Source of the DNA: Andalucia godoyi And28
Taxonomy: Eukaryota; Protista; Jakobida
Reading direction: 5' to 3'
Assembly: GCA_009859145.1 (NCBI GenBank)
Contig: VRVR01000037.1
Span: forward strand, 14,892 to 78,891
Length of the DNA: 64,000 bases
The translations under genes and the position numbers were made by a program. Below the pieces are notes generated by a model that saw only the letters and a list, made by a program, of their open reading frames with translations, was not told where the DNA came from and did no database searches. Positions 9,973 through 20,339 of this stretch are shown in pieces. Numbering within the stretch: position 1 is the first letter of the stretch; every line of letters begins with the position of its first letter.

Positions 9973-12060
9973 ATGGCTGTTTCGTCAAAAAAGATTCGGT
10001 TTAACAGTCTTGTTTCGGAAGCAGATTCATGTTTCCGGAAACGAGAGTTTGAGCGGGCATGCCAATTCTACACAGAAGCACTCGACATTGACGCTACAGA
10101 CAAGACCGTTCTTTTACAGCGCTGTCGATGTTATATTTCTCTTGGGGTTCCTGAACGCGGAGTCATGGACGCGGAGTCGACACTCAAACTTGACAAGACC
10201 TTTTGGAGAGGTGTGTTGGCAAAGGCGCAGGCATTGTATGCAGGAGGGAATTTTGAGTTTGCACTCATTCAGTATTACCGAGGGGCGCGCATGCGGCCCG
10301 ACATTGATGATTTCAGACTTGGTGTGCAAAAATGCAAGGCTGCAATTAACGAATCAGTCGATCAGGAAGAATTGGACTCCTGGATGCGTGAGCGGGGATC
10401 GACGACCGTGACACCGTTTGAGGACTTTGAGCTGGAGGCCTTGCCACGAGCGTTTTCTGCCCCCGCTTCGCATATGAGAGCAGTGTCTGCGGATGCGTCT
10501 CCACGAAGGCCGCTGCAACCAGGAGCAACGATCAAGCCGACTTCTCCGGCTCCTGCGTCTGCGTCTGCGTCTGCGAATCCAAACTCGTCAACCAGGGCCA
10601 TTCCGCGATTGGACCTTTCGGACTTGCAGACGGCGCCATCTGGACGAACAGTCGTCTCTGCAACATCGTCGCAGTTCATTCAGGAGGAAGAGGAGCTGAA
10701 TCCGTCCAACCGCCGGTCGCGATCTGCAAGGAGACCGCGATCCTCGAAAGAACTGCTTGGAGCGCTGAATGCCGACCTCCAATTTTTGGCCGAGCTGAAG
10801 GAGGATACGATTCTTCGAAAGTCAGTGGGACGCACCCAAGGTCCGTCGGCAGTTTCGTCGCTTGTCGATGACGGTGTTGCGTTCATGGAAAAGAGACGTG
10901 AGTTTTGGAAGCAGCAAATGCCACCGCAGGATCCGTCTCGCAAGACTGCGAACGGAGCATTGTCCACGCGCCGGTCGGCGTCGACTGCCCGGTCGTATGG
11001 TTCGCGTTCAGTGTCGCTGACAACTTCGCGATCGACGTCGTCAAAGGTCCTTGCACCATCGTCTGCGCGAGGGCCTGTCACCGCATTGGATGCAGTTGAC
11101 CATGCCTCGGACTCTGAAGAAGAAATTGTCGCGAGGCCACAGCCTCCGGTTTCTGCTCGCTCACAAGCGTCATCGCGCTCCAAACAATCCGCAAACGGCA
11201 GAAGCGTCTCATCGGGACGTGGAGATACGACGAACAGTGTTGTTTCCAAGGATAAACAACAGTCGCAGTTCGCGCAACAACAGCAACAGCAACAGCAGAA
11301 TGTCAAGCTCGCGGTTCCCCAGCAGAAACAACGGCATTTGCAGCAAACCAAGTATGCGATTGAAATGTTGGAAAAGATCAACCAGTCGATTGAAAGCGGG
11401 GAACTGGAGAATGCGCTAAAGTACTCCAAGGCATTCTTGTCGAAGCTGGCGACTCTCGATCTCTCCGACAAACCTCGAATTCTCGGCAATGTGTATTCCT
11501 TGATGGGAACGACGTACCTAGAGCTCGACAAGCTCACTTTAGCTGCGATCCACCACCGGAAAGATCTTGACATTGCTATGCGGTATTCGTACACGGACTC
11601 GTACATGCGGTCGCTGGAGAATCTCGGTATCACTTACGAGCGCATGGGAGACTACGCACAGGCTATTCGCATGTGGGAGAAGAAGCTGGATAGCAGCACA
11701 GAGGATGAACAGAGCCGTTTATGGGAAGACATCGGACGGTGTTATTATCAACTTAACGATTGCGAAACTGCCATTTCCTTCGCACAAAAGGCCCTGGATG
11801 CGGCAACACAGAGCAATGATCGCGAGAGAATGTTGTCCGTGCAGTACACGATCGGTCATACATTCTGCAAGATTCGCCAATTTTCCAAGGCGCTGCCCTA
11901 TTTTGAGGGCTACCTTGGTTTGGCCAAGCAGCTGGGGGATGTGGTCGCCGAGGCAAATGCGCTTACGGACTTGGGCAACGCGTACCTGGAGCTGGGAGAT
12001 GTTCCGAAGAGTATCTCGTATCAACAACAAGCAATGTCCTTGTCGTCCAAGCTGCAATAA
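9973..12060 (+). CDS. TTC25: Outer dynein arm docking complex TPR protein (TTC25/ODAD4-like)
   Basis: N-terminal TPRs with GNFEFALIQYYRG..MRPDIDDFRLGVQKCKAAI, central LLGALNADLQFL and RREFWKQQMPP motifs recognised from TTC25, plus C-terminal TPRs. Confidence 0.8.
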   Translation: MAVSSKKIRFNSLVSEADSCFRKREFERACQFYTEALDIDATDKTVLLQRCRCYISLGVPERGVMDAESTLKLDKTFWRGVLAKAQALYAGGNFEFALIQYYRGARMRPDIDDFRLGVQKCKAAINESVDQEELDSWMRERGSTTVTPFEDFELEALPRAFSAPASHMRAVSADASPRRPLQPGATIKPTSPAPASASASANPNSSTRAIPRLDLSDLQTAPSGRTVVSATSSQFIQEEEELNPSNRRSRSARRPRSSKELLGALNADLQFLAELKEDTILRKSVGRTQGPSAVSSLVDDGVAFMEKRREFWKQQMPPQDPSRKTANGALSTRRSASTARSYGSRSVSLTTSRSTSSKVLAPSSARGPVTALDAVDHASDSEEEIVARPQPPVSARSQASSRSKQSANGRSVSSGRGDTTNSVVSKDKQQSQFAQQQQQQQQNVKLAVPQQKQRHLQQTKYAIEMLEKINQSIESGELENALKYSKAFLSKLATLDLSDKPRILGNVYSLMGTTYLELDKLTLAAIHHRKDLDIAMRYSYTDSYMRSLENLGITYERMGDYAQAIRMWEKKLDSSTEDEQSRLWEDIGRCYYQLNDCETAISFAQKALDAATQSNDRERMLSVQYTIGHTFCKIRQFSKALPYFEGYLGLAKQLGDVVAEANALTDLGNAYLELGDVPKSISYQQQAMSLSSKLQ

Positions 12061-12190
12061 GGCCCCAGGACACGTCCAAGTTTTTGCGGCTGACCTTGAA
12101 GGAGTTTGTACAGTTTTTCGCAAATCAAAATGAAGAAATAATAAGATAATTCACAACCCCCCGACGCAACAGGAATTGGTATATGCGACG

Positions 12191-12425
12191 CTTACATTGG
12201 ATACTCGCTGTTTTATACGCGCATCGTCTGGTGCGCACGGTCCTGCATCGGATCCGCCGCGTAGCCTTTAAAAAAACCTTCCGCGATGCGATCGTACTGG
12301 CTGCACAGCCACTTCGCAACACGGCGGTGCGTGTCATGCCACAGATCCCCAGATCCCCAGATACGTTGAATGAGCATCGACAACGAACGATATCGAAGCG
12401 CATGCAGAATTGGCAAAGTCAAGCT
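12191..12425 (-). mobile_element. Highly reduced Fanzor2-derived element, subfamily C (left end uncertain)
   Basis: 12377-12285 encodes MLIQRIWGSGDLWHDTHRRVAKWLCSQYDRI, resembling the TnpB/Fanzor2 segment 'L..DLH.K.AKWLC.NYD.I' before RuvC-II. About 95 nt downstream is AATGTAAG|CGT, identical to the terminus and flank of the 19948 copy. Confidence 0.6.
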
Positions 12426-12483
12426 CAGACGTTTTTTATGATAACGGATTTTCCATCCGCACAACAACCAAAAAAAATCCCGT

Positions 12484-13695
12484 TTAAACCTTGGAGGAAG
12501 TCACGGCCTTGTTGATGCCGCAAGTGCCCACTCCACCAGTGCGGACGATACGGAAATATCCAGCCTCGCCCCATCCAGCCTACGAATCCAAAAATAAAAA
12601 ATAAAAAAGTGAGTGGAAATTGGACCACATGCAACACCAGAGTGCTGCCAAAAAGCGAAACACATACGCCCCAAGAGTTCTTGACGATCCACACCGGCTG
12701 CGGGATCAGACCGAAATCCTTTGAAGTTTCCCAGCCACTAACCATCCGCGAAAAGAAAAGAAAAAGAAACGAAAAGACGTCAGAAAACAACGAACAGATG
12801 CACTCGAAAAACGTGAAACAGAGAGAGAAACGAAAAAAACATACACCATAAGAACTGCATGATCAAGCTGTGCACCGCAGGTGAACGGCTCGACAATGCC
12901 GCCGATGTAGGACTGGAGAACGTTTGCATCTAATGCAACCGACAATGGTCCAATCTCATAGAGAGCAGACTGGATTGCAGCAACATCCTGAGTGATGTTG
13001 ACATAAGACGAGATCTTAGCGACAACCTTGGACGCATCGAAGCGGCACTTGTCGTCAACACCCTCGTACGGGTACGACGACTCTCCCTCGAGACCTCCAG
13101 TGGAGATCAAGTACTCGTATGCGGCAAACGGCCATCCGCCGTTGCAACCTGCCATTTCGGAGTCGCAATCCACAACCTGCTGGGGAGCAAGAGGAACGAG
13201 TCCCTTTCCTGCCTTGGCCCACTGTCCTTCGACGTTCTGCACGGCGGAGAACGCCCAGCACGAGCCACACTGACCCTGGTCCTTAACGGGTGTCACGAGC
13301 CCCTTGGTGCGCCAGTCGAAGGCATCAGGGAGGTCCTTGACGGACGTCTTCGGTGTATAAGTGGAATGGGCAGCTCCAGAGATCTCAGCGGCCGTGTACT
13401 TGCGAGGCAAGTAGGTGGCGCGGAACTCCTCCGGGGACAAGTCAGAGAACTTGGTGATTCCGTACTCGGCAAGCTTGGACTTGGACTGAATCTCGTTCAC
13501 GCGGGCAAGGTTGGCCTTGAAGATCTGGTAGCGGTGGCCGGTCTCAACATCACCGTAGGCAAGTCCGTTGCGGTACTTGTTGAGGAAGAACTGGAAATGC
13601 TTCTGCATCTCAGCCTCGTTGTCAACATTAAAGAAGGCCGCAGATGCGGTGCACGCAAGTGCGGCAACCACAAAAATGGCAACTACAGCACGCAT
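12484..13695 (-). CDS. Papain-family (cathepsin L/F-like) cysteine protease; exons 13695-12845, 12737-12668, 12579-12484
   Basis: Signal peptide, I29 prodomain, QGQCGSCWAFS, DHAVLMVG and KNSWG. Two GTATGT...AG introns restore the frame to ...CGINKAVTSSKV-stop. Confidence 0.93.
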
Positions 13696-13717
13696 TTTGT
13701 GATATAATGGGGACTTG

Positions 13718-13748
<31 letters not shown>

Positions 13749-14016
13749 GAGAAAAGGATCAAAAAAGAAATCAGAGAAGCGTAGAAAGGCAGGTCGGCCG
13801 GGTTGGGGATGTGCAGAGGGCCCGTCAGTTTGTCCAGTTTGCTCGTTGCGGCAGATTGTCAGTTTTGTCAGTGAGGAATTCCCACGGAAATCGGTTGTTT
13901 GGAGGAAGGAAGGAGGGGGGGAGGTTCCATCAATTGAAGCTGCTTTTTTTTTAAACGTTTACATTCTTTTTTACATTCGTTTGTTTCCTAGTTTTTCCCC
14001 GACTCCGCTTCTTTTT

Positions 14017-17000
14017 TTACAACGGAGGCTCAAGCCGTTTTTCAAGCGAGATCGACACTGTTTTTGGGATGACTTGGCGCACGACCGATCGGTTGACGGA
14101 TGGAACGGTCGACGAGACCCTGGAGCGGTCAGTAGGATCGAGAATTTCCTCCCAGTTCGGCTCCGGAAAGCCAAACACAGTGGACCCTGTCCGCCCGTGC
14201 ACAAAGTACGTCGTAGCCTCCCCGACACCCTTGAGCATAACGGTGCGTGTTTCGCAGTCATATATGGAATGGACGCGTTCAAACGTGGCTCTGGAAATGT
14301 GAATGCGTCCAGGATAGCCAGTAGACTCGAGACGAGAGCAGATGTTCACATCCTCAGAGTACACGTCCCAGATGTACCGGTTCTCGCCAATGCAGCCTGC
14401 GATGACTTGGCCCGAGTGTACTCCAACACGGATCTGCAGCGGCTCTTTCAGCCCCAACATGCCGCTCTCATTTAAGCGCTTGACAAGCTCCATGCATGCA
14501 AAAGAAAATTCAATCATCCGGACAGGATGGTCAACGCACGGCTGCGGGGCTCCGGCAACACACAGATACGCATCGCCGATCGTCTTGACCTTTTCCACAC
14601 CGTAGTGCAGAGCCAGGCGGTCCATTCCGGTCACCAGCGTGTTCAGCATTCGAACAAGGTGGGCGGGAGTCAGAACAGAGGACAGCTGTGTAAACCCTTT
14701 GATATCACTGAAGAATATCGTTACTTCATCAAACATGTCCGCAATCAAGGTTTCTCCGCGCTGCAGCCTGTCCGCAACGGAGGAAGGCAGAATGTTCTGC
14801 AGCAGCGTGTCCGCTCGGCGCTTCTCTGCCTCGAGGAGAGTTTCACGGCGCACTGTTTCACTCATATCTCGAACGAACACGAGAAACGTGACCGTGGTGT
14901 CTGCAGAATTGCGCTCCGATTCAGCATCTTTCAGTTCCGCATGTGAAGTGTCCGAAGTGCGCGAAATATCCAATCGAACGGGAAATGGAGCCCCGGACAG
15001 TCCTCGCGAAAACTGCACATCGATGTGCCGCGTCACGGAGTCTGGCGCGAGGGCTCGCTGGATAAGAACCGTGTCATCCGCCGTCGCTGCAAAGGAGCTC
15101 AGAGACCTGCCTAATACCATGCGATTTTCCAGACCCATCATGGAGCAAAAGGCTCGGTTGCAGTTCTCAACTCGAGGATCTCGACTGCCGGAAGGCACGC
15201 CAAGCTGGCTGCCTGACCCTTTTCTGCCGGTGCTTTCCTCGTCAGTGATGACTGCTGGCGATATTCTCTGATCCCCGTCACCAAATGCGGACACATGAAG
15301 GGCAATTTCAAGAATTCCGTCCTTGGAGGTTTCTAGCAGTCTCGAGAAACGCGTTTGCAAATCGACTTGACGTTCCACCAACTGAAGCTTCGACAGCTTC
15401 AGCAGATCCGCATGATACACATTGGCATCCTCTCCAGTGTAAGCACTATCTCCAAAAAGGATCACTCCAAACAGGGGCCACGACTTGAGCCAGTTCCAAG
15501 GCAGCCAGAGGAACAACAAGCGTGCGCGCTGAGACTCGTGCTCCAGGCCAGCCAAAGAACGGATGAGCCATGCAAAGCAAACGAAGAGAATTGGAAGCAG
15601 CACAGCGAAACTAACAATGACGGAAGTATACAGAATGCTCACGCGGGAGTCGTACGCAGAATTCTGGTAGCGGAGCAACGTAAGAAACTGAGCCACGAGG
15701 TACGTTTCTATCTCAGATATAGATGCATACAGCGGAAGATTCAGGTCAGAGGGATTCTGTGCGAACGACACCCATTGCGACACGGCAGTCAGATAGTCAG
15801 CGAGCAAAGATGTAAGAGGTCGGCAAGTAATGAGCGTTTGATCGCTGCAAATCGCGTCGTAATGCATGGAATCTGCTCGAGAATCAAGACCGTCAAACTT
15901 GGAACGGAGCTCCAGGTCTGCCTGTGCAACAGTTCGCAAGAGTTCCTGAAGTTCCGCTGAGATCTGCGATCGCGATGACCACGCACGCGTATCGTTTGCG
16001 ACGAGTTCGACCGAGAGAGAATGCAAACGTGAAATGGTAGATCTGCGATCGCCCGACAGTGACGTCAAGTCTGTATTGTCGCGAAAGAACGTTAAGAAAA
16101 CAAACCCGTGAACACAAACAACCGTGATCAGGATAGAAGACAGCAGAAGCGTGGTGACGAACACAAAAGAAACCCGACGCAACGGATCCTTTCGAACACG
16201 AAACGGAACAACGCCATTGGAAGCTGCAAAGCTATCATCGTAGCCAGCAGCGTCGTCTGTTTCCATGTCGGATTCTGACGTCGCCGAATCGGTAGACCGT
16301 GTTCCTCGGATCTTGAACGCCGAAACAATGCGCTGAACCATTCCTTTTGGAATTGATCCAAAGAAGGAGTACAGCTGCGCACGGTTTTGGACGAATCGCT
16401 TGGACGCAGGATAGAACAACCCCAGAAACAAGAACAGAGGGACCACCCAGCCGATGCAAAGCAGCACAACCAGCACGATCACGAATGCCGCGTACGTATC
16501 GTCATATACAGAGACGATCTTTTTGAAACTTCCCGAAAGAAACGAAAACATCACGGAAATGTTGTTATCAAGCACAAATCGCACGGATGCATCGGTGGTG
16601 GCGTTGGATTGCAGCGTTGCAACGGCATTAGTTCTCGCCAGGCTGGACGCCAACTGGCCTACACGCACCGTCAAATCCTTCATGCTCACCTGTCGTCCCG
16701 TGGTGTCAAAGGAGTCTGTTGCGGGAAGGTACAATTTGGGCGTAACCTTTTCCTTAAGGATTTCATTCTTCTTTGCGGTATTTGGAACAGAGGCGGATTC
16801 CACATTCCGCATGTTGGTCTGGAGAAGATCACCTTCGCTCTGCAGTTCTGCAACATGTCCTGGGACGGTTGGCTGCAAGATTCCCAACCGCATTGCAACT
16901 GCCACGCCCTGCGAAATTCGACGATTCCGACTGACAAGGATCAGCGTTTCCGACGCTCCCGAGTACGTACTGAACATGTACAAGGTGACGCCAAAAGCGA

Positions 17001-19260
17001 CGCATACACAACAAAGCACAATAAACGCCGACAAGAGTACGGAAAGACGAAGACGAAAGATTTGCTTGTCCTTCAGCAAGATGATCGTGTTGTGCCAAGC
17101 ATTCACGCGAGCCACCTGAGTCGCTGGAATTGACGACGCAACTTCGCTGTTGGGCTCTGCGATTTTTTCCATCTCAAACAGAAACCCGTGGTAGGCCTTT
17201 TCGATCTCGGTATCCTTGGGAAAGCGCTGCTTGAGGATATCAAAATATCGCTCGGCCAGGCGAATATGATCGTCGATGGAGGACACCACTCGTGGAAGCG
17301 TGGACACATCCGGCTTGGGAGACAGCAGCAGTTTCCAGAAGGCACGGACCCTTCGAACGCACTTTTCGTGCTCTGCCCAAGGAAACAACAGAAGAGAAAG
17401 CACGCGGTTGTCGATCAACAGCACATTAATCAGAGAAGCAGAAAACCGCTTTGCAACAGAAAGTGATTCCGTGGATGCAACTTCGCGCAGCTTGGTCAAA
17501 CACAGACGCTCATCCAGCACGCAGGTGTAGTACAACGTTCGCGCATCTCTCGTCCGAAACCGGAATCGCTCTTCTTTGGGGTCCGTTAATTCTTCAGCTT
17601 CGATGGTCGCATGTCTCTTCTTCTTTCTCCCAGTCAAATCACGAAATGCGATACGAGATTCGCTGGTCGAATTTGGTTTTTCTGCGGAAGCATTCGACGG
17701 TCCTGTGACGTTTTGGAGCGAACGGATGTCCCCAGCCAAGGAGAGATAGAGACGCAGGCTGGAATAGTAGACCCAAACGGAATCGCAAGACGAATATTCC
17801 GGCTGTGTTAAAACGGTTTCGAACAAGTACATGCAGGATTGTACACGCTGCTGCATGTTCGCCTCCGAAGACCCCAGCAAGATTCGCGCAACAAATATCA
17901 TGTTGTCTGGTGAACTTAAGACGACCGCCCAAAACAAGCGGCGGGAGTTCTCTGTATACGGGGGAACCGGACGATTGTCTGCCATACTACTGCTGTTCGA
18001 AACGCTTTCCATAGACGGGAACGGGTCTGTCAAGGAGATGCTTTCGCTAGGAGAATCACTGCTACCTTCAGCTGCTGCTGCCGAGGCAGTCGTGGCTTCG
18101 CGCACAAGGCGAGGAACTGTCTTCATCTGCAAGAAAGAACGGCCGTTTAGCTCCATTGCTGTGGCAAACTGCTGGACGGTCTTTTGATACCTGTGCATAC
18201 GATACATTGTCCCCGCGGGAAAAGCAATGATCAGCAACACAATCAAAATTGGCATGTCCACGGACGGCGCAACACTGGAGTCCAACAGGCTGCACACACC
18301 AAGCCAAAAGCTCAGTGCAATCGCTGCCCATGAAACACCCACAAACAGCGCCCCGACATTTGGTTTCAAAAAAGGGTAGGAGAGACGAGAAACGACTTTC
18401 AGCAGACAAAGCCACAGCGCCGCAGACAAAAAGGCAGTCAGCAGAGGAACAGGAATGAGAACAAGGAGCAGCAGTGCAAGAGCTGGAAGAAGACGTATCG
18501 ACACGGACGTCAGTGGACACACAATGCCCGAAAAATCGAATCGACTCACTGGAACAAGGAGTGGGAATGCATGTGTGGTCGGCGCAAAGGCGGCAACGAC
18601 GGAGGTGGACGTGAGAATGGTAATAGTGGACAAGAACGCAAACGCTGCGAATGTCGCACCAGAGCAGCTTTGGTCGCTGAATGCACGCAAGTCCGCGTCA
18701 TCGTCGCAGGCTAGGAACAGGAGTGCGTGACGAAGGATTGTCAGATAGAACATGATTGTCAGTTCCACATGCAAAGAGGCAAAGCGGCAGATCATCCGAG
18801 GAGACTGCGAAAATGGTGTTTTGGTTAAGAATTGGAGTAAGCCTGCGACAACGACTCCAACGAGCTGCCACGTTACTAGCAAAATGCAAAGCTGCGATCG
18901 TAGTGTGAAGGAAGAAGACGAAACGGGAGAAAGGAGAAGGACGGCATCGGCAATCGTCGCCAAGACGTCAAGATTGGGAGAGTTTTGCGCGACGAAATGG
19001 AATCCGATGATGCAGACACACAGGATGTGAACAAGAAGCAGAGAAACCGAACAGCATCGTAGGAACGAAAACAACGTGGAGCAAGCGGGATCCAGTATCG
19101 TCACGTTGAGAACTCGCGACACAAACGGCGCAGTGTACGTACAGACAAACCGCACGGCCCTGGCTTTCAGCGCCGCGCTGAACAAGCGCGAGCGGAGCGA
19201 CGACACCGAAGAGGACCCATTCGATGAAGATCCATCTTCTGCTGGCTGCATGAAAACCAA
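14017..19260 (-). CDS. Large multi-pass membrane protein with PAS and class III adenylate cyclase domains (TmcB-like architecture)
   Basis: 1747-aa single-exon ORF with many TM helices, PAS-like CNRAFCSMMG...FPVRLDIS, FFSDIKGFT, EKVKTIGDAY, RVGVHSG and WDVYSEDVNICSRLES. Confidence 0.9.
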   Translation of the reverse strand: MVFMQPAEDGSSSNGSSSVSSLRSRLFSAALKARAVRFVCTYTAPFVSRVLNVTILDPACSTLFSFLRCCSVSLLLVHILCVCIIGFHFVAQNSPNLDVLATIADAVLLLSPVSSSSFTLRSQLCILLVTWQLVGVVVAGLLQFLTKTPFSQSPRMICRFASLHVELTIMFYLTILRHALLFLACDDDADLRAFSDQSCSGATFAAFAFLSTITILTSTSVVAAFAPTTHAFPLLVPVSRFDFSGIVCPLTSVSIRLLPALALLLLVLIPVPLLTAFLSAALWLCLLKVVSRLSYPFLKPNVGALFVGVSWAAIALSFWLGVCSLLDSSVAPSVDMPILIVLLIIAFPAGTMYRMHRYQKTVQQFATAMELNGRSFLQMKTVPRLVREATTASAAAAEGSSDSPSESISLTDPFPSMESVSNSSSMADNRPVPPYTENSRRLFWAVVLSSPDNMIFVARILLGSSEANMQQRVQSCMYLFETVLTQPEYSSCDSVWVYYSSLRLYLSLAGDIRSLQNVTGPSNASAEKPNSTSESRIAFRDLTGRKKKRHATIEAEELTDPKEERFRFRTRDARTLYYTCVLDERLCLTKLREVASTESLSVAKRFSASLINVLLIDNRVLSLLLFPWAEHEKCVRRVRAFWKLLLSPKPDVSTLPRVVSSIDDHIRLAERYFDILKQRFPKDTEIEKAYHGFLFEMEKIAEPNSEVASSIPATQVARVNAWHNTIILLKDKQIFRLRLSVLLSAFIVLCCVCVAFGVTLYMFSTYSGASETLILVSRNRRISQGVAVAMRLGILQPTVPGHVAELQSEGDLLQTNMRNVESASVPNTAKKNEILKEKVTPKLYLPATDSFDTTGRQVSMKDLTVRVGQLASSLARTNAVATLQSNATTDASVRFVLDNNISVMFSFLSGSFKKIVSVYDDTYAAFVIVLVVLLCIGWVVPLFLFLGLFYPASKRFVQNRAQLYSFFGSIPKGMVQRIVSAFKIRGTRSTDSATSESDMETDDAAGYDDSFAASNGVVPFRVRKDPLRRVSFVFVTTLLLSSILITVVCVHGFVFLTFFRDNTDLTSLSGDRRSTISRLHSLSVELVANDTRAWSSRSQISAELQELLRTVAQADLELRSKFDGLDSRADSMHYDAICSDQTLITCRPLTSLLADYLTAVSQWVSFAQNPSDLNLPLYASISEIETYLVAQFLTLLRYQNSAYDSRVSILYTSVIVSFAVLLPILFVCFAWLIRSLAGLEHESQRARLLFLWLPWNWLKSWPLFGVILFGDSAYTGEDANVYHADLLKLSKLQLVERQVDLQTRFSRLLETSKDGILEIALHVSAFGDGDQRISPAVITDEESTGRKGSGSQLGVPSGSRDPRVENCNRAFCSMMGLENRMVLGRSLSSFAATADDTVLIQRALAPDSVTRHIDVQFSRGLSGAPFPVRLDISRTSDTSHAELKDAESERNSADTTVTFLVFVRDMSETVRRETLLEAEKRRADTLLQNILPSSVADRLQRGETLIADMFDEVTIFFSDIKGFTQLSSVLTPAHLVRMLNTLVTGMDRLALHYGVEKVKTIGDAYLCVAGAPQPCVDHPVRMIEFSFACMELVKRLNESGMLGLKEPLQIRVGVHSGQVIAGCIGENRYIWDVYSEDVNICSRLESTGYPGRIHISRATFERVHSIYDCETRTVMLKGVGEATTYFVHGRTGSTVFGFPEPNWEEILDPTDRSRVSSTVPSVNRSVVRQVIPKTVSISLEKRLEPPL

Positions 19261-19947
19261 AATACACCCTCTTCTATATGCGCACGCTTGTGTATGTATG
19301 TATGTATGTATGTATGCGTGTGTGTTTGTTTTGTTTGTAGCACTTCTCCTTTCCTACACTGCTGTGTTTTTTTGGTTGAAAATGCAAAGGATCGAAATTC
19401 TCCACAAGAGGAAAAAGATTTTTAAAAATTAGAATCCTGGGTGTTTTCCGCCTCTCTCTGTCACACACGCACCCACACGCACACACTCGCAGGAGCATTC
19501 AAGACGTGCAAAGGGACCGCGCACCGACGGGTGCAGCCTGCCGGTTTGCCCTCATGTACTGCACGAGGTGGTCGTCGTTCCTGTGGTCGCTGCTGGCGAT
19601 CCGGAGACCCGAACTCGATGCAGATTGCCGGAAAAATCAAGATTGTCAGAAGCTGATTTTCCATAATAGGCACTTTCGACCTACGCGTCTGAGCAGAACG
19701 AATTGTTCGACGGTCGATTTGCCTTCGAGTTCAGAGAACCAAAATGGCCTCTTCTGAAGAAAACAGGTCTCGAATCCTGAACGCCGCCATCACTCAGCAG
19801 AGCACCTCCCACGCTGTTCCTATTTGTCTGTAGCCGCGGAGGGGCAGTTGTTCATGGACCCTCAGGGTCCGCAGAAAAAGGAAGGAATACGTTGCATGAA
19901 TTCTTCGCTTTTTTCCGCTCCCTCTTTTCTTCCCCGTTCTGTTCACG

Positions 19948-20045
19948 CTTACATTATACACTAAGTGTGCATATCTACGAATAGACATGCATATTCAGTC
20001 TTGCATCCCGATGCCGGGAAGGGGATAGGCCCCAACGCGCCTCAC
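19948..20045 (-). ncRNA. Putative omega-RNA scaffold of copy A1; the candidate guide would be the flank from 19947 downward
   Basis: On the element strand: GGGG-CCUAU-CCCC hairpin, UCCCG-GCAU-CGGGA hairpin, 10-bp stem with UUCG loop (19968-19991), ACAC-UUA-GUGU. It overlaps the 3' end of the nuclease relic and ends at the transposon end, as known for TnpB/Fanzor omega-RNAs. Expression not shown. Confidence 0.6.
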
Positions 20046-20339
20046 GGCGCTCTTCAGATAAATGTTCCGCGCTCCGCTCCCAATCTCGATCAGTCTGTGA
20101 GTCACTTTCTCAGCGTGACACGTTGTTCCTGAGAAGAGTGCATTTTGATTCTGACGGCCCTAGCAGCAGGCGTAGTGACACGTGGTCTCTTAGGAGGTCT
20201 GCGGGACCTAGGAGGCCCTGTATCACGAATTCCTGTGAAACAAACGTGCTAGTGTTGGCCACTATTGACCGTGTCTGTTTATGTATGCTTCCGTATGCAT
20301 GACAATGACGCGTTATAATTCAACGGTCCGCGAGAGGCT
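19948..20339 (-). mobile_element. Non-autonomous Fanzor2/IS607-derived element, subfamily A, copy A1 (392 bp)
   Basis: Collinear with 54436-55064 (7 mismatches in the first 100 nt from the right end; similarity stops at both ends). Encodes the fragments PKRPRVTTPAARAVRIKMHSSQEQRVTLRK* (TnpB N-terminal HTH) and DRDW-SGARNIYLK (RuvC-III, frameshifted). Confidence 0.9.

Noticed and set aside
19948-20339. IStron-like or spliceosomal-intron behaviour because the right end finishes in AG/G
   Set aside because: All copies are intergenic; no group I intron core or 5' GT donor at the left end is visible.
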